Part shown: piece by piece, positions 49,112 through 56,397 of the stretch | How positions within the stretch are numbered: position 1 is the stretch's first letter | Layout of the letters: every line of letters starts with the position of its first letter | Assembly (NCBI GenBank): GCA_963823145.1 | Contig: CAWGJZ010000002.1 | Span: 1,306,462 to 1,370,461, forward strand | Length of the DNA stretch: 64,000 bases | Direction: 5' to 3' | Origin: an uncultured Acidobacteriota bacterium | GTDB lineage: Bacteria; Acidobacteriota; Terriglobia; Acidiferrales; UBA7541 | Made by a program: the position numbers and the translations under genes | The notes under the pieces: generated by a model | Seen by the model: the letters and a program-made list of their open reading frames with translations, nothing else | What the model was told of the DNA's origin: nothing | The model's database searches: none

Positions 49112-50034
49112 GGATTTCGTTCGAGCGCGGCGCGATCCCAATTGCCTAGCGTGGCGCCAGCTTCGTAGGTGCTTTGAAGGAAGTCCACTAGCGCGACCTT
49201 GGGATCGTTTGCGGCGCGCACATCGTCGTAGGACAGCAAAAATTCTCCAAACTTAGCGCTATAGAAAGCCTGCGCCGGCTGCACTGGGCTGGTGCGAAAA
49301 CCCGAAGGCTCGGGCACGGCATAGGCATAGAACATCGGCGCCGCGAATTCGCCGCCTCCCGGCCACCAACCGGCGCTGATTACTTCGTGCGAATATGCCT
49401 CGCGGGTCATTGCGTCGGCGCCCGGACGCTCGGGCGCGCGGCGTCCTGAGAAGCGCGTGACCGCCAGATCGAAGCTTCCCCAGAAAAAATGTACTGGGCT
49501 GGCCTTGCCGATGAATTGCGCGCGGAATTCCTTATAGATCGTGTCGACTGTTGCGAGGATTCGCCAGAAACGATGGGCATATTGCGGATCGTAAGAATTG
49601 TGCGTGACATCGCGGTCGAAGCGTATCGGATTTGGAACTTCGACGGGCATGGGCCAGATTTTTGGTGTGATTCCAAGGCTCGCGAGAATGTTCATGAACT
49701 CTTCGTAGAAGCGGGCGACGCTGCGGGGAACGAGGGTCATCCTTTTCATTTCGCCGCGGCTGGTCGCGATCGTGAGCGCGTGATCGATGAAATCGAATTC
49801 CACCTCGAAGATTCCGAGCGAGTAGGGAATCGGCGAAGTGGTGAGGCCGCGCGCGCTGACGTACAACGGGACTTCCCACCAGTGATTGGTGAGAGGGCTC
49901 AGCGCGAGGCGGAGCTTGCCGACGATTTGAGTCCACATGTGGAGGGTGTCGCGCGTGGCGCTCCATTCGGCGAGCGGGAGCGGCGGCCACGCTTCGACTG
50001 TCGACAATTGCGATGTTGTGGATTTAGTCGCCAT
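49108..50034 (-). CDS. conserved hypothetical protein (DUF5996-like)
   Basis: 308 aa, coding-like. WSATRDTLHMWTQIVGKLRLALSP...HWWEVPLYVSARGLTT resembles the family I recall as DUF5996 (from memory, not verified). Starts 6 nt after the upstream zinc-finger gene. Confidence 0.7.
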   Translation of the reverse strand: MATKSTTSQLSTVEAWPPLPLAEWSATRDTLHMWTQIVGKLRLALSPLTNHWWEVPLYVSARGLTTSPIPYSLGIFEVEFDFIDHALTIATSRGEMKRMTLVPRSVARFYEEFMNILASLGITPKIWPMPVEVPNPIRFDRDVTHNSYDPQYAHRFWRILATVDTIYKEFRAQFIGKASPVHFFWGSFDLAVTRFSGRRAPERPGADAMTREAYSHEVISAGWWPGGGEFAAPMFYAYAVPEPSGFRTSPVQPAQAFYSAKFGEFLLSYDDVRAANDPKVALVDFLQSTYEAGATLGNWDRAALERNP

Positions 50035-50039
50035 GAAGA

Positions 50040-50297
50040 TCAGACTTCCATTTTATCGACGTAACACCAGCGCCAGTCTTCTCCGGGCTCAAAAGATTTC
50101 ACTATCGGATGGTGCTGTGCGTGAAAATGCTTGGTAGCGTGCTTGTTTTTTGAACTGTCGCAGCAGCCGACATGGCCGCAGGTGAGGCATAGGCGGAGGT
50201 GGACCCAGTCGTCGCCCATTTTCAGGCATTCCTCGCAGCCGTCAGCGCTAGGCGTGACGTCGCGAATCTCTTTCAGATGATGGCAGGTCGTAGCCAT
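50040..50297 (-). CDS. UBP-type zinc-finger protein
   Basis: 85 aa. CHHL...CEECL...WVHLRLCLTCGHVGCCDSSKNKHATKHF is the zf-UBP Cys/His pattern. GGGAGG SD upstream. Confidence 0.8.
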   Translation of the reverse strand: MATTCHHLKEIRDVTPSADGCEECLKMGDDWVHLRLCLTCGHVGCCDSSKNKHATKHFHAQHHPIVKSFEPGEDWRWCYVDKMEV

Positions 50298-50333
50298 GGG
50301 ACGCCTCCCTTTGAGGTGTGATAAAGAAGCGAA

Positions 50334-50996
50334 GTGGATTTCGTATCCAAGCTTCCATTGAACGCCATTCTAAACGCGGCTGCAAGTGGGGAGGGGCGGC
50401 GCGTCCGCCGGCTTCAGCGCGCTGACTTGCCCGCGGACACGGTGGAACTGGCGCGCTTTCTGATTGGCAAAACGCTGGGGCACGATTCGCCGCGTGGACG
50501 GTTAGCCGGACGGATCGTGGAGACGGAAGCGTATCCTGTGGGCGATGCGGCGGGTCACGCGTTTCCGGGGTTGCGAGTTGCGAACCGTTCGCTCTTTTTG
50601 GCGCGGGGGCATGCGTACGTTCGCTTCACGTATGGTTCGTGCTGGATATTCAATATCACGTCCGAAACGCACGGTGTGGGCGCGGGAGTTTTGATTCGAG
50701 CCATCGAGCCGGTGGAGGGCATCGCGTTGATGATTCGCAATCGCGGCGTTTCGCGGGTGACGGATTTGGCGCGCGGGCCTGGGCGGCTGACGGCAGCGCT
50801 CGGGATCGACAAACGGTTTGATGGGATCGACCTGTGCGATTCGAAGAGCCCGATCTGGCTGGGTGCGGGCCTGAGACCTGTGCCGAGAATTGGCGTTAGC
50901 GTGCGCATCGGAATTTCGCGCGCGGCGCACCGCAAATTGCGTTTTTATGAGCGAGGCAGTCCGTTTGTGAGCGGGGCGCTGCGGCTGAGAAGTTAG
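50334..50996 (+). CDS. DNA-3-methyladenine glycosylase (Mpg/AAG family)
   Basis: TVELARFLIGKTL...GRIVETEAYPVGDAAGHAF...GHAYVRFTYGSCWIFNI is the AAG-family pattern. The GTG start at 50334 is uncertain. Confidence 0.85.
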   Translation: MDFVSKLPLNAILNAAASGEGRRVRRLQRADLPADTVELARFLIGKTLGHDSPRGRLAGRIVETEAYPVGDAAGHAFPGLRVANRSLFLARGHAYVRFTYGSCWIFNITSETHGVGAGVLIRAIEPVEGIALMIRNRGVSRVTDLARGPGRLTAALGIDKRFDGIDLCDSKSPIWLGAGLRPVPRIGVSVRIGISRAAHRKLRFYERGSPFVSGALRLRS

Positions 50997-51182
50997 CGTC
51001 GCTTGCGCCAGCAGTAAAAACCGAGCAACAGCAGATCCCTCACACCGCCTTGGAATGCAGCCGGGTTCGGGATGGCAACTTAACGGCAAAATAGGACAGT
51101 GCGTTTGCCGCGGCGGATGAGAGATGGTTCGGACCGGCATGCTAGAATCGGGTGTTTGAAATTGTTGAAGGGACGCGCTGAG

Positions 51183-52607
51183 ATGCCGAAGGTTGGATTC
51201 GTGAGCTTGGGATGCCCGAAGAACCTTGTTGATAGCGAGGTGATGATGGGCGCGCTTGCGCAGGCGGGGTATGAGATTACGCGGCGGGCGGATGAGGCGG
51301 ACGTCCTGGTGGTGAACACTTGCAGCTTCATCGAACCGGCGCAGCGAGAATCCGTGAACTCGATTCTGGAAATGGCTGAATATAAGAAATTCGGGCGCGC
51401 GCGAAAACTGATTGTCGCGGGATGCATGGTCGAGCGGTACAGGAATGAAATTCGCCGGCAGATTCCGGAAGTGGATGCGGTGATCGGGACGGGCGAAATC
51501 GACAAAATTCTGGAAGTTTGCAGCGGCGAACTTCGCGGGGATGAAGGCGCAATCGCGGAGCTGCCGACGTATCTTTATCACGACCTTACGCCGCGTATTC
51601 TCGCTACTCCGCGACACACTGCGTACATCAAAATCAACGAGGGTTGCGACCATCCTTGCACGTTTTGCGTGATCCCGCAGCTGCGCGGGAAATTCCGAAG
51701 CCGCCGGTTCGAGTCCGTGGTGCGGGAGGCGGAAAATCTGGCAGCAGCCGGCGTGCGGGAAATTTCGCTGATCGGGCAGGACACAACTTACTACGGCGAA
51801 GACCTCGGGCTTCGCGATGGACTGCCGCTGCTGCTCGAACGCCTCGCGCAAATCGAGGATTTGCACTGGATTCGGTTCCTCTACTGCTATCCGAATCGCA
51901 TCACGCCGAAATTGCTGGAGACGATTGCGGCGCATCCGCGTCTCGCGAAGTATTTGGACATTCCACTACAACACGCGAGCCGAAGCGTTCTTGCGCGCAT
52001 GAAGCGTGGCTCGAACGCAGAGGCGTTCTTGAAAATGCTGGCCAAGATTCGCGCCACCATTCCCGGCGTTTCGATTCGGACTTCGTTTATCGTGGGGTTT
52101 CCAGGCGAGACGGAAGAGAATTTCCGCGAACTTTGCGATTTCGTTAAGGCTGCCGAATTCGACTGGATGGGAGTTTTCTCGTATTCGGATGAGGATGCGG
52201 CGAAGAGCTTTTCGCTCGACAATAAAATCGACGCAGAGACGATCGAGCGCCGCCGCAGCCAACTGATGGCGATTCAGAAAAAGATTACGACGCGGAAGTT
52301 GAAGCAGCGAATCGGTCAGCGCGTGCAAGTGATGCTCGAAGGCCCGTCAAAGGAGACGGACCTGATTTGGGACGCGCGACTCGAGGGCATGGCGCCCGAA
52401 ATCGACGGCAAAGTCTATGTGACCGAGTTCGAAGGCGTCACCGATGCGGCGCAACTTCCGGAGCCGGGGACGCTGGCAACTCTTGAGGTGACTGGAACGA
52501 AGGATTACGATCTTATTGGTCGCGTGGTTGAATTTGCGGCACCGCCGGTCGCCGCGGAAATTCCGCTCCCGGCGAAAGATTTGTTTCCGATTCTCGCGTC
52601 GCGCTGA
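51183..52607 (+). CDS. rimO: ribosomal protein S12 methylthiotransferase
   Basis: MPKVGFVSLGCPKNLVDSE (UPF0004 domain), radical-SAM CDHPCTFC, and a C-terminal TRAM domain. Start set to ATG 51183. Confidence 0.93.
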   Translation: MPKVGFVSLGCPKNLVDSEVMMGALAQAGYEITRRADEADVLVVNTCSFIEPAQRESVNSILEMAEYKKFGRARKLIVAGCMVERYRNEIRRQIPEVDAVIGTGEIDKILEVCSGELRGDEGAIAELPTYLYHDLTPRILATPRHTAYIKINEGCDHPCTFCVIPQLRGKFRSRRFESVVREAENLAAAGVREISLIGQDTTYYGEDLGLRDGLPLLLERLAQIEDLHWIRFLYCYPNRITPKLLETIAAHPRLAKYLDIPLQHASRSVLARMKRGSNAEAFLKMLAKIRATIPGVSIRTSFIVGFPGETEENFRELCDFVKAAEFDWMGVFSYSDEDAAKSFSLDNKIDAETIERRRSQLMAIQKKITTRKLKQRIGQRVQVMLEGPSKETDLIWDARLEGMAPEIDGKVYVTEFEGVTDAAQLPEPGTLATLEVTGTKDYDLIGRVVEFAAPPVAAEIPLPAKDLFPILASR

Positions 52608-52655
52608 AAGAACCTGCCCGAAGATGGCAGGCAGAAACGGCTAACGAACGAACGA

Positions 52656-53936
52656 ATGAGCACTACCGTCAGCCAGCAATCGGTTCGCGTGCCGGAGCCC
52701 GAGTTGACGCCGGATGCGATGATCGAGCGGGCGATTGCCTTGCAGCCGCGGCTGCGCGCCGAGCAGGATGAAACCGAACGCCGGGGACGCTACTCCGAAG
52801 CTCTCCATGAGGAATTTCGCAAGGCGGGATTTTATCGGTGCTTGCAGCCGCGGCGCTTTGGCGGCTACGAATTCGATGTGAAAACCTACTACCGCCTCGG
52901 AATCGAGCTTTCGCGCGGCGATCCGTCGGTGGGGTGGTGCCTACTTGTTAGCGCGGGCCATGCGCTGATGCTCGGTTCTTATTTCAGCGAAGAGGCGCAG
53001 GCCGAGGGTTTTGGACCTACCGGCGATTTCGCGGCGCCGTCCGTGGCGGCTCCCAGCGGCACGGCGACGCCGACTGATGGCGGATGGCTCATAAAAGGAA
53101 AATGGGGATACGCGAGCGGCGCTCCGTATGCGACGCATTTCATGCCGAGCGTCCTCATTTTAAGCGAACAGGGGCCGCCGCGCGCGGGACTTGCGCTGAT
53201 TCCGCGCTCGCAGTGGAAAATGCTGGACGATTGGGGCGCGATCCTTGGCATGCGTGGGAGCGGATCGAACTCCATCGAGGTGGAGCAAGCGCGCGTCCCC
53301 AAGAATCACGTGATCGAGCTGGACATGCTCAACGTGGATGTGACGAACGGAACGCCCGGCGCGCGGCTGCACGGAAATCCGATGTACGCGGGACGCTGCC
53401 TTTCCTTCTTTCGCGCGGAGCTCGATGCGATTTTGGTGGGCGTGGGCTACGCGGCGATCGATGAGTACGAGAACCTGATCCGCACCAAGAAAACGCTCTA
53501 TCCGCCGATGCAATTGCGCTACCTGCATCACGATTATCAGCGCCATCTAGGCCTTGCGCTGGGCATGCTGAATGCGGCCAAGAGGCTGGTTATAACCTCG
53601 GGCGATGTTTACATGGATTATTGCCGGCGCGGATTCGAGGGCGGAAAACCGTTCAGCCTTGAAGAAGACCTGGAACTCGTTGCCAGCCTTCAACACGCTG
53701 GACGTCTTTCCTGGGAAGCTATCGAATTGCTGGCTCGCACTTCCAGCTCAAGTGCCGCGAAAGACGGCGAACGCATGCAGCGCTATTATCGCGACGCTTC
53801 AGTTTACCGGAGCCATCTCTCGTCACAGTACGACATGCTCGCGCAGCGGCTCGGGCTAATCCATCTCGGCCTCGATCCAGGCATGTCGACTAGCGACCGC
53901 GGCGCAGCGCCGAAAGGCGACGGCGGGAGCCGGTAG
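52656..53936 (+). CDS. acyl-CoA dehydrogenase-fold flavin-dependent monooxygenase/dehydrogenase
   Basis: 426 aa. N-terminal helical domain (MIERAIALQPRLRAEQDETERRGRYSEALHEEFRKAGFYRCLQPRRFGG), a middle beta domain (WGYASGA) and a C-terminal helical domain. Confidence 0.8.
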   Translation: MSTTVSQQSVRVPEPELTPDAMIERAIALQPRLRAEQDETERRGRYSEALHEEFRKAGFYRCLQPRRFGGYEFDVKTYYRLGIELSRGDPSVGWCLLVSAGHALMLGSYFSEEAQAEGFGPTGDFAAPSVAAPSGTATPTDGGWLIKGKWGYASGAPYATHFMPSVLILSEQGPPRAGLALIPRSQWKMLDDWGAILGMRGSGSNSIEVEQARVPKNHVIELDMLNVDVTNGTPGARLHGNPMYAGRCLSFFRAELDAILVGVGYAAIDEYENLIRTKKTLYPPMQLRYLHHDYQRHLGLALGMLNAAKRLVITSGDVYMDYCRRGFEGGKPFSLEEDLELVASLQHAGRLSWEAIELLARTSSSSAAKDGERMQRYYRDASVYRSHLSSQYDMLAQRLGLIHLGLDPGMSTSDRGAAPKGDGGSR

Positions 53937-54507
53937 CCGGTTTCGGCCCTCCGCGCGAGTGTCGAGTAGAATGTACCGCCGTCCTTTGTTTTCCGTGACT
54001 TGCGAGACGTTCTATTCGGCACGTGTGTCGATCAGATCGTCACCGGCTGAAGCCGGTCTTATTCGCAAGCTTTGCGGCACGACTAAAGTCGTGCCCTGAC
54101 GAAAATCGATGCATCACACCGACCCGGTCCGGCCTCCGGGGGCCGGGGGTAGTGGCCTCCGAAAAACCCCCGGGGCGGCCGGGGAAGATCCGCTCGGTTT
54201 GTCTGCGCTATTCAGTTGTCAAAGAGCAATCCTTCCGACCCTCGTCAAGAGGGCGGATCACGTCAACGTCGCGATTAGGCTGACAGGTTGCGGAGAACGC
54301 TTCAAGCCGTTGTGGTGTGGACTTTTTCTAGAGGCTTGAAGCTAGAGACTGGATGCTGGAGAAGGCACCGGCTACCCGGGACAGATGCTTGATCGCGGCT
54401 GGCTAGGAAAGCGGCACGGTCAGCAACTGCTAAGTACTCGACCACCGTGGCGCGACGACTAGAACAGCTCCGGATCGCTTCCCTGACCAGCGCCATTTTT
54501 TTCTCTC

Positions 54508-54539
54508 TTGACTCTGGAGATAGCTCCAGAGTTTATGCT
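54508..54539 (+). promoter_or_regulatory. MerR-type promoter/operator: TTGACT, long spacer with a perfect 9-bp dyad, TATGCT
   Basis: TTGACTCTGGAGATAGCTCCAGAGTTTATGCT. The -35 is TTGACT (54508-54513). The dyad ACTCTGGAG/CTCCAGAGT spans 54511-54532. The -10 is TATGCT (54534-54539), or TTATGC one nt earlier. The 19-20 nt spacer is the hallmark of MerR-activated promoters. Confidence 0.7.
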
Positions 54540-54546
54540 TGTGCAC

Positions 54547-54993
54547 ATGGCAGCGGCTACTCACATCGGGAAGGCTGCGAAGCTGGCCGGTGTCAGCGTG
54601 GACACGATCCGTTTCTATCAAAAACTCGGACTGATCGATGGGGGGAGCCGCAGCGCGGGCGGTTATCGGCTATTCAGCGAGGGGCAGATTCACAACCTCA
54701 AATTTGTCCGACACGCGCAGGAACTGGGTTTCTCGCTGAATGAAGTGAAAGAACTGCTGGCTTTGCGGCAGAAGCCTCATGCGTGTTCGGAAGTGCAATC
54801 CATGTTGAAGCACAAACTGGCGGACGTGCGCGAAAAGATCGAAATCCTCACCCGCCTGGAAGTTGAGCTATCCGGCGCGCTACGCGGCTGCAATCGCGAG
54901 TTGCGCGCCAAACGGGAAGTCAAGCATGACGACTGTTGTCCGCTGCTATCGAGGCTTGACCGAAGCAATCACGAAAGAGGAAAAAGAAAATGA
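54547..54993 (+). CDS. MerR-family metal/redox-responsive transcriptional regulator
   Basis: HTH HIGKAAKLAGVSVDTIRFYQKLGLI, a coiled-coil dimerisation helix, and Cys80, Cys115, Cys130-Cys131 (numbered from ATG 54547), a pattern like heavy-metal MerR sensors. The ORF-track TTG start at 54508 is actually the -35 box. ATG 54547 sits about 7 nt after the -10, so the mRNA may be leaderless. Confidence 0.85.
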   Translation: MAAATHIGKAAKLAGVSVDTIRFYQKLGLIDGGSRSAGGYRLFSEGQIHNLKFVRHAQELGFSLNEVKELLALRQKPHACSEVQSMLKHKLADVREKIEILTRLEVELSGALRGCNRELRAKREVKHDDCCPLLSRLDRSNHERGKRK

Positions 54994-55364
54994 CGCAGGC
55001 GGAACAAGATCACCAGAGAAACATTTCTGGTTCAGGGAGCACGCTCGTAGCCAGCCTCGCTGCGCTCGGCAGCGTGATTGTGGCCTCAAGCTGCTGCATT
55101 CCGTTGCTGCCGTTCGCGCTGGCGGCAGGAGCAGCAGGCGCATCAGCCTTTTTCGTACAGCTCCGGCCGTACATGCTTGTTCTATCGGTTTTATTCATTG
55201 CATTCGGATTTTACAAATCCTGGCGCGCGAAACAGTGCAACTGCAAGCCGAGCAGGATCAGCACGTTTCTTCTGTGGTTTTCGGCGATCGTGGTCTTTGC
55301 CTTCATTTTCTTTCCCCAGGTGATCGCTAATCTTGTGGCCGACGGATTGGCAGGCAAGCCATGA
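54990..55364 (+). CDS. MerT-like 3-TM membrane protein with CC and CxC cysteine pairs
   Basis: 124 aa. TM1 carries SSCCIPLLP (MerT has a vicinal CC followed by Pro in TM1). The loop after TM2 carries KQCNCKP, and a third TM follows. The ATGA overlap with the regulator stop and an AGAGGA SD support the call. Confidence 0.75.
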   Translation: MTQAEQDHQRNISGSGSTLVASLAALGSVIVASSCCIPLLPFALAAGAAGASAFFVQLRPYMLVLSVLFIAFGFYKSWRAKQCNCKPSRISTFLLWFSAIVVFAFIFFPQVIANLVADGLAGKP

Positions 55365-55942
55365 AGCGAATCTTTCTGATTGCGATCGTTCTTGTTGCAT
55401 TGGGAATCGCAGCTTACGTTTACGCCGGACATTCGACCCCCAAAGGACAGCCGCCTATGGTGAGTTTCTCATCTGACGGTCCGGCGCCTCTGAAGGCTGC
55501 GTTCAACGCTTCGGCATCTTCCGTCCGGGTTATCGTGATGCTTTCGCCCACTTGAGCCGTTTGCTTGCGGGGGGCCTCCGCAACTGGACAACTGCTACGG
55601 GAGATTGGCAATGAGAATATCCGTGTTTTTGCGGTTTGGGAGCCGGTATTGGTGACTGATTTCGGGCCTCCTTCCACCGCGGCCCTCGCCCGCATTCCGG
55701 ATTTGCGAGTGGAGCAATATTGGGATCGAAAGCGAACTCTGTCGCACCTGCTTGGGGAGCGCAGCCGCTCAACCGTGGTGTGGGACCACATTGCGGTTTA
55801 TGCGCCTGGAGAGTTGTGGCAGGATGCGCCACCCGAACCGTCCTACGCTGGCGATCCGGTGGTTCGTAAGATCGGCAGAGCAAAAGAGGCCGTGCTGAAC
55901 TTGCTGCAGACTGGCACAAACCAAGCCGCGGTTGAAAAATGA
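55361..55942 (+). CDS. membrane-anchored/secreted thioredoxin-fold selenoprotein candidate (U-A-V-C motif; in-frame UGA at 55553-55555)
   Basis: ORF-track entries 55361..55555 and 55565..55942 are in the same frame and are separated only by TGA. Read-through gives ...SSVRVIVMLSPT-U-AVCLRGASATGQLLREIGNENIRVFAVWEP..., a beta1/UxxC/alpha1/beta2 thioredoxin-fold layout. N-terminal anchor or signal MKRIFLIAIVLVALGIAAYVYA. Hairpin downstream of the UGA. ATGA coupling at both ends. Confidence 0.75.
55556..55590 (+). promoter_or_regulatory. candidate bacterial SECIS hairpin for UGA 55553
   Basis: Stem TTGCGG (55565-55570) pairs with CCGCAA (55578-55583), with a G-rich apical loop GGGGCCT. The stem starts 9 nt after the UGA. 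A GTT...AAC lower stem is possible. Confidence 0.55.
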
Positions 55943-56172
55943 CCGACGACATCGTCGTATATTCCCAACCTGGTTGAATGTTCTGCGATCAAGCGAAAGA
56001 GTATCTTTCGCAAAAGGGCATCAAGTTTCAAGAAAAGGACATTACGCAAGATTCTGGCGCCTTGGCCGAACTCAAGAAACTTGGCTATATGACAACGCCG
56101 GTGATTGTGATCGATGGCATGGTAATCGTGGGATTCGACGCCGCGAAGATCGACCTTGCGCTTTCCGGCTAG
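55939..56172 (+). CDS. glutaredoxin-like selenoprotein candidate (U-M-F-C motif; in-frame UGA at 55975-55977)
   Basis: ATG 55939 overlaps the upstream stop (ATGA). The in-frame translation is MTDDIVVYSQPG-U-MFCDQAKEYLSQKGIKFQEKDITQD...TTPVIVIDGMVIVGFD, a complete Grx/NrdH-like fold: beta1 VVY, active site at the CxxC position, and cis-Pro TTPV. The ORF-track version (55978..56172) lacks beta1 and the first redox residue. Confidence 0.8.
55993..56011 (+). promoter_or_regulatory. candidate bacterial SECIS hairpin for UGA 55975
   Basis: Perfect 7-bp stem GCGAAAG/CTTTCGC with a 5-nt loop AGTAT. The stem begins 15 nt after the UGA and the loop G is about 24 nt after it. Confidence 0.55.
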
Positions 56173-56274
56173 CAGATACTGTCCTTGTTCCTATTCCCAA
56201 CGACCAACGCACATTCCTCAGGGGGCTGAAAGACCGGGCTCGCCTCGGTAACCTGTTTCGGTTAACGCGAGGAG

Positions 56275-56330
56275 CACGCCCGGGCAAGCCCGGGCGGTAG
56301 ACGGCGGTAGCAAGCTCCCGCACTCCACAT
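56275..56330 (+). repeat. REP-like element, family B, copy 2
   Basis: CACGCCCGGGCAAGCCCGGGCGG...CAAGCTCCCGCACTCCACAT, collinear with 45964-46040. Confidence 0.75.
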
Positions 56331-56397
56331 GAGCGGGCGGCGCGGGGTGATCGCGGCTGGTCAGAGTGAGACACAAGCGATACACTCAGCAGCCGTC

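Noticed and set aside
50502-51935. 477-aa minus-strand ORF
   Set aside because: It is antisense to the well-supported mpg and rimO genes and has Arg/Pro/Ser-rich low-information composition typical of GC-rich antisense frames. The same reasoning applies to 56386-57540, 23921-25132, 16584-17753, 14647-15735, 12003-12821, 34027-34896, 35134-35970, 47218-48093, 11013-11891, 19124-19942 and 20137-21114.
54508-54546. TTG 54508 / ATG 54535 as the start of the MerR-family gene
   Set aside because: TTG 54508 coincides with the -35 hexamer and ATG 54535 lies inside the -10 region of the predicted promoter. The MerR HTH alignment begins right after ATG 54547.
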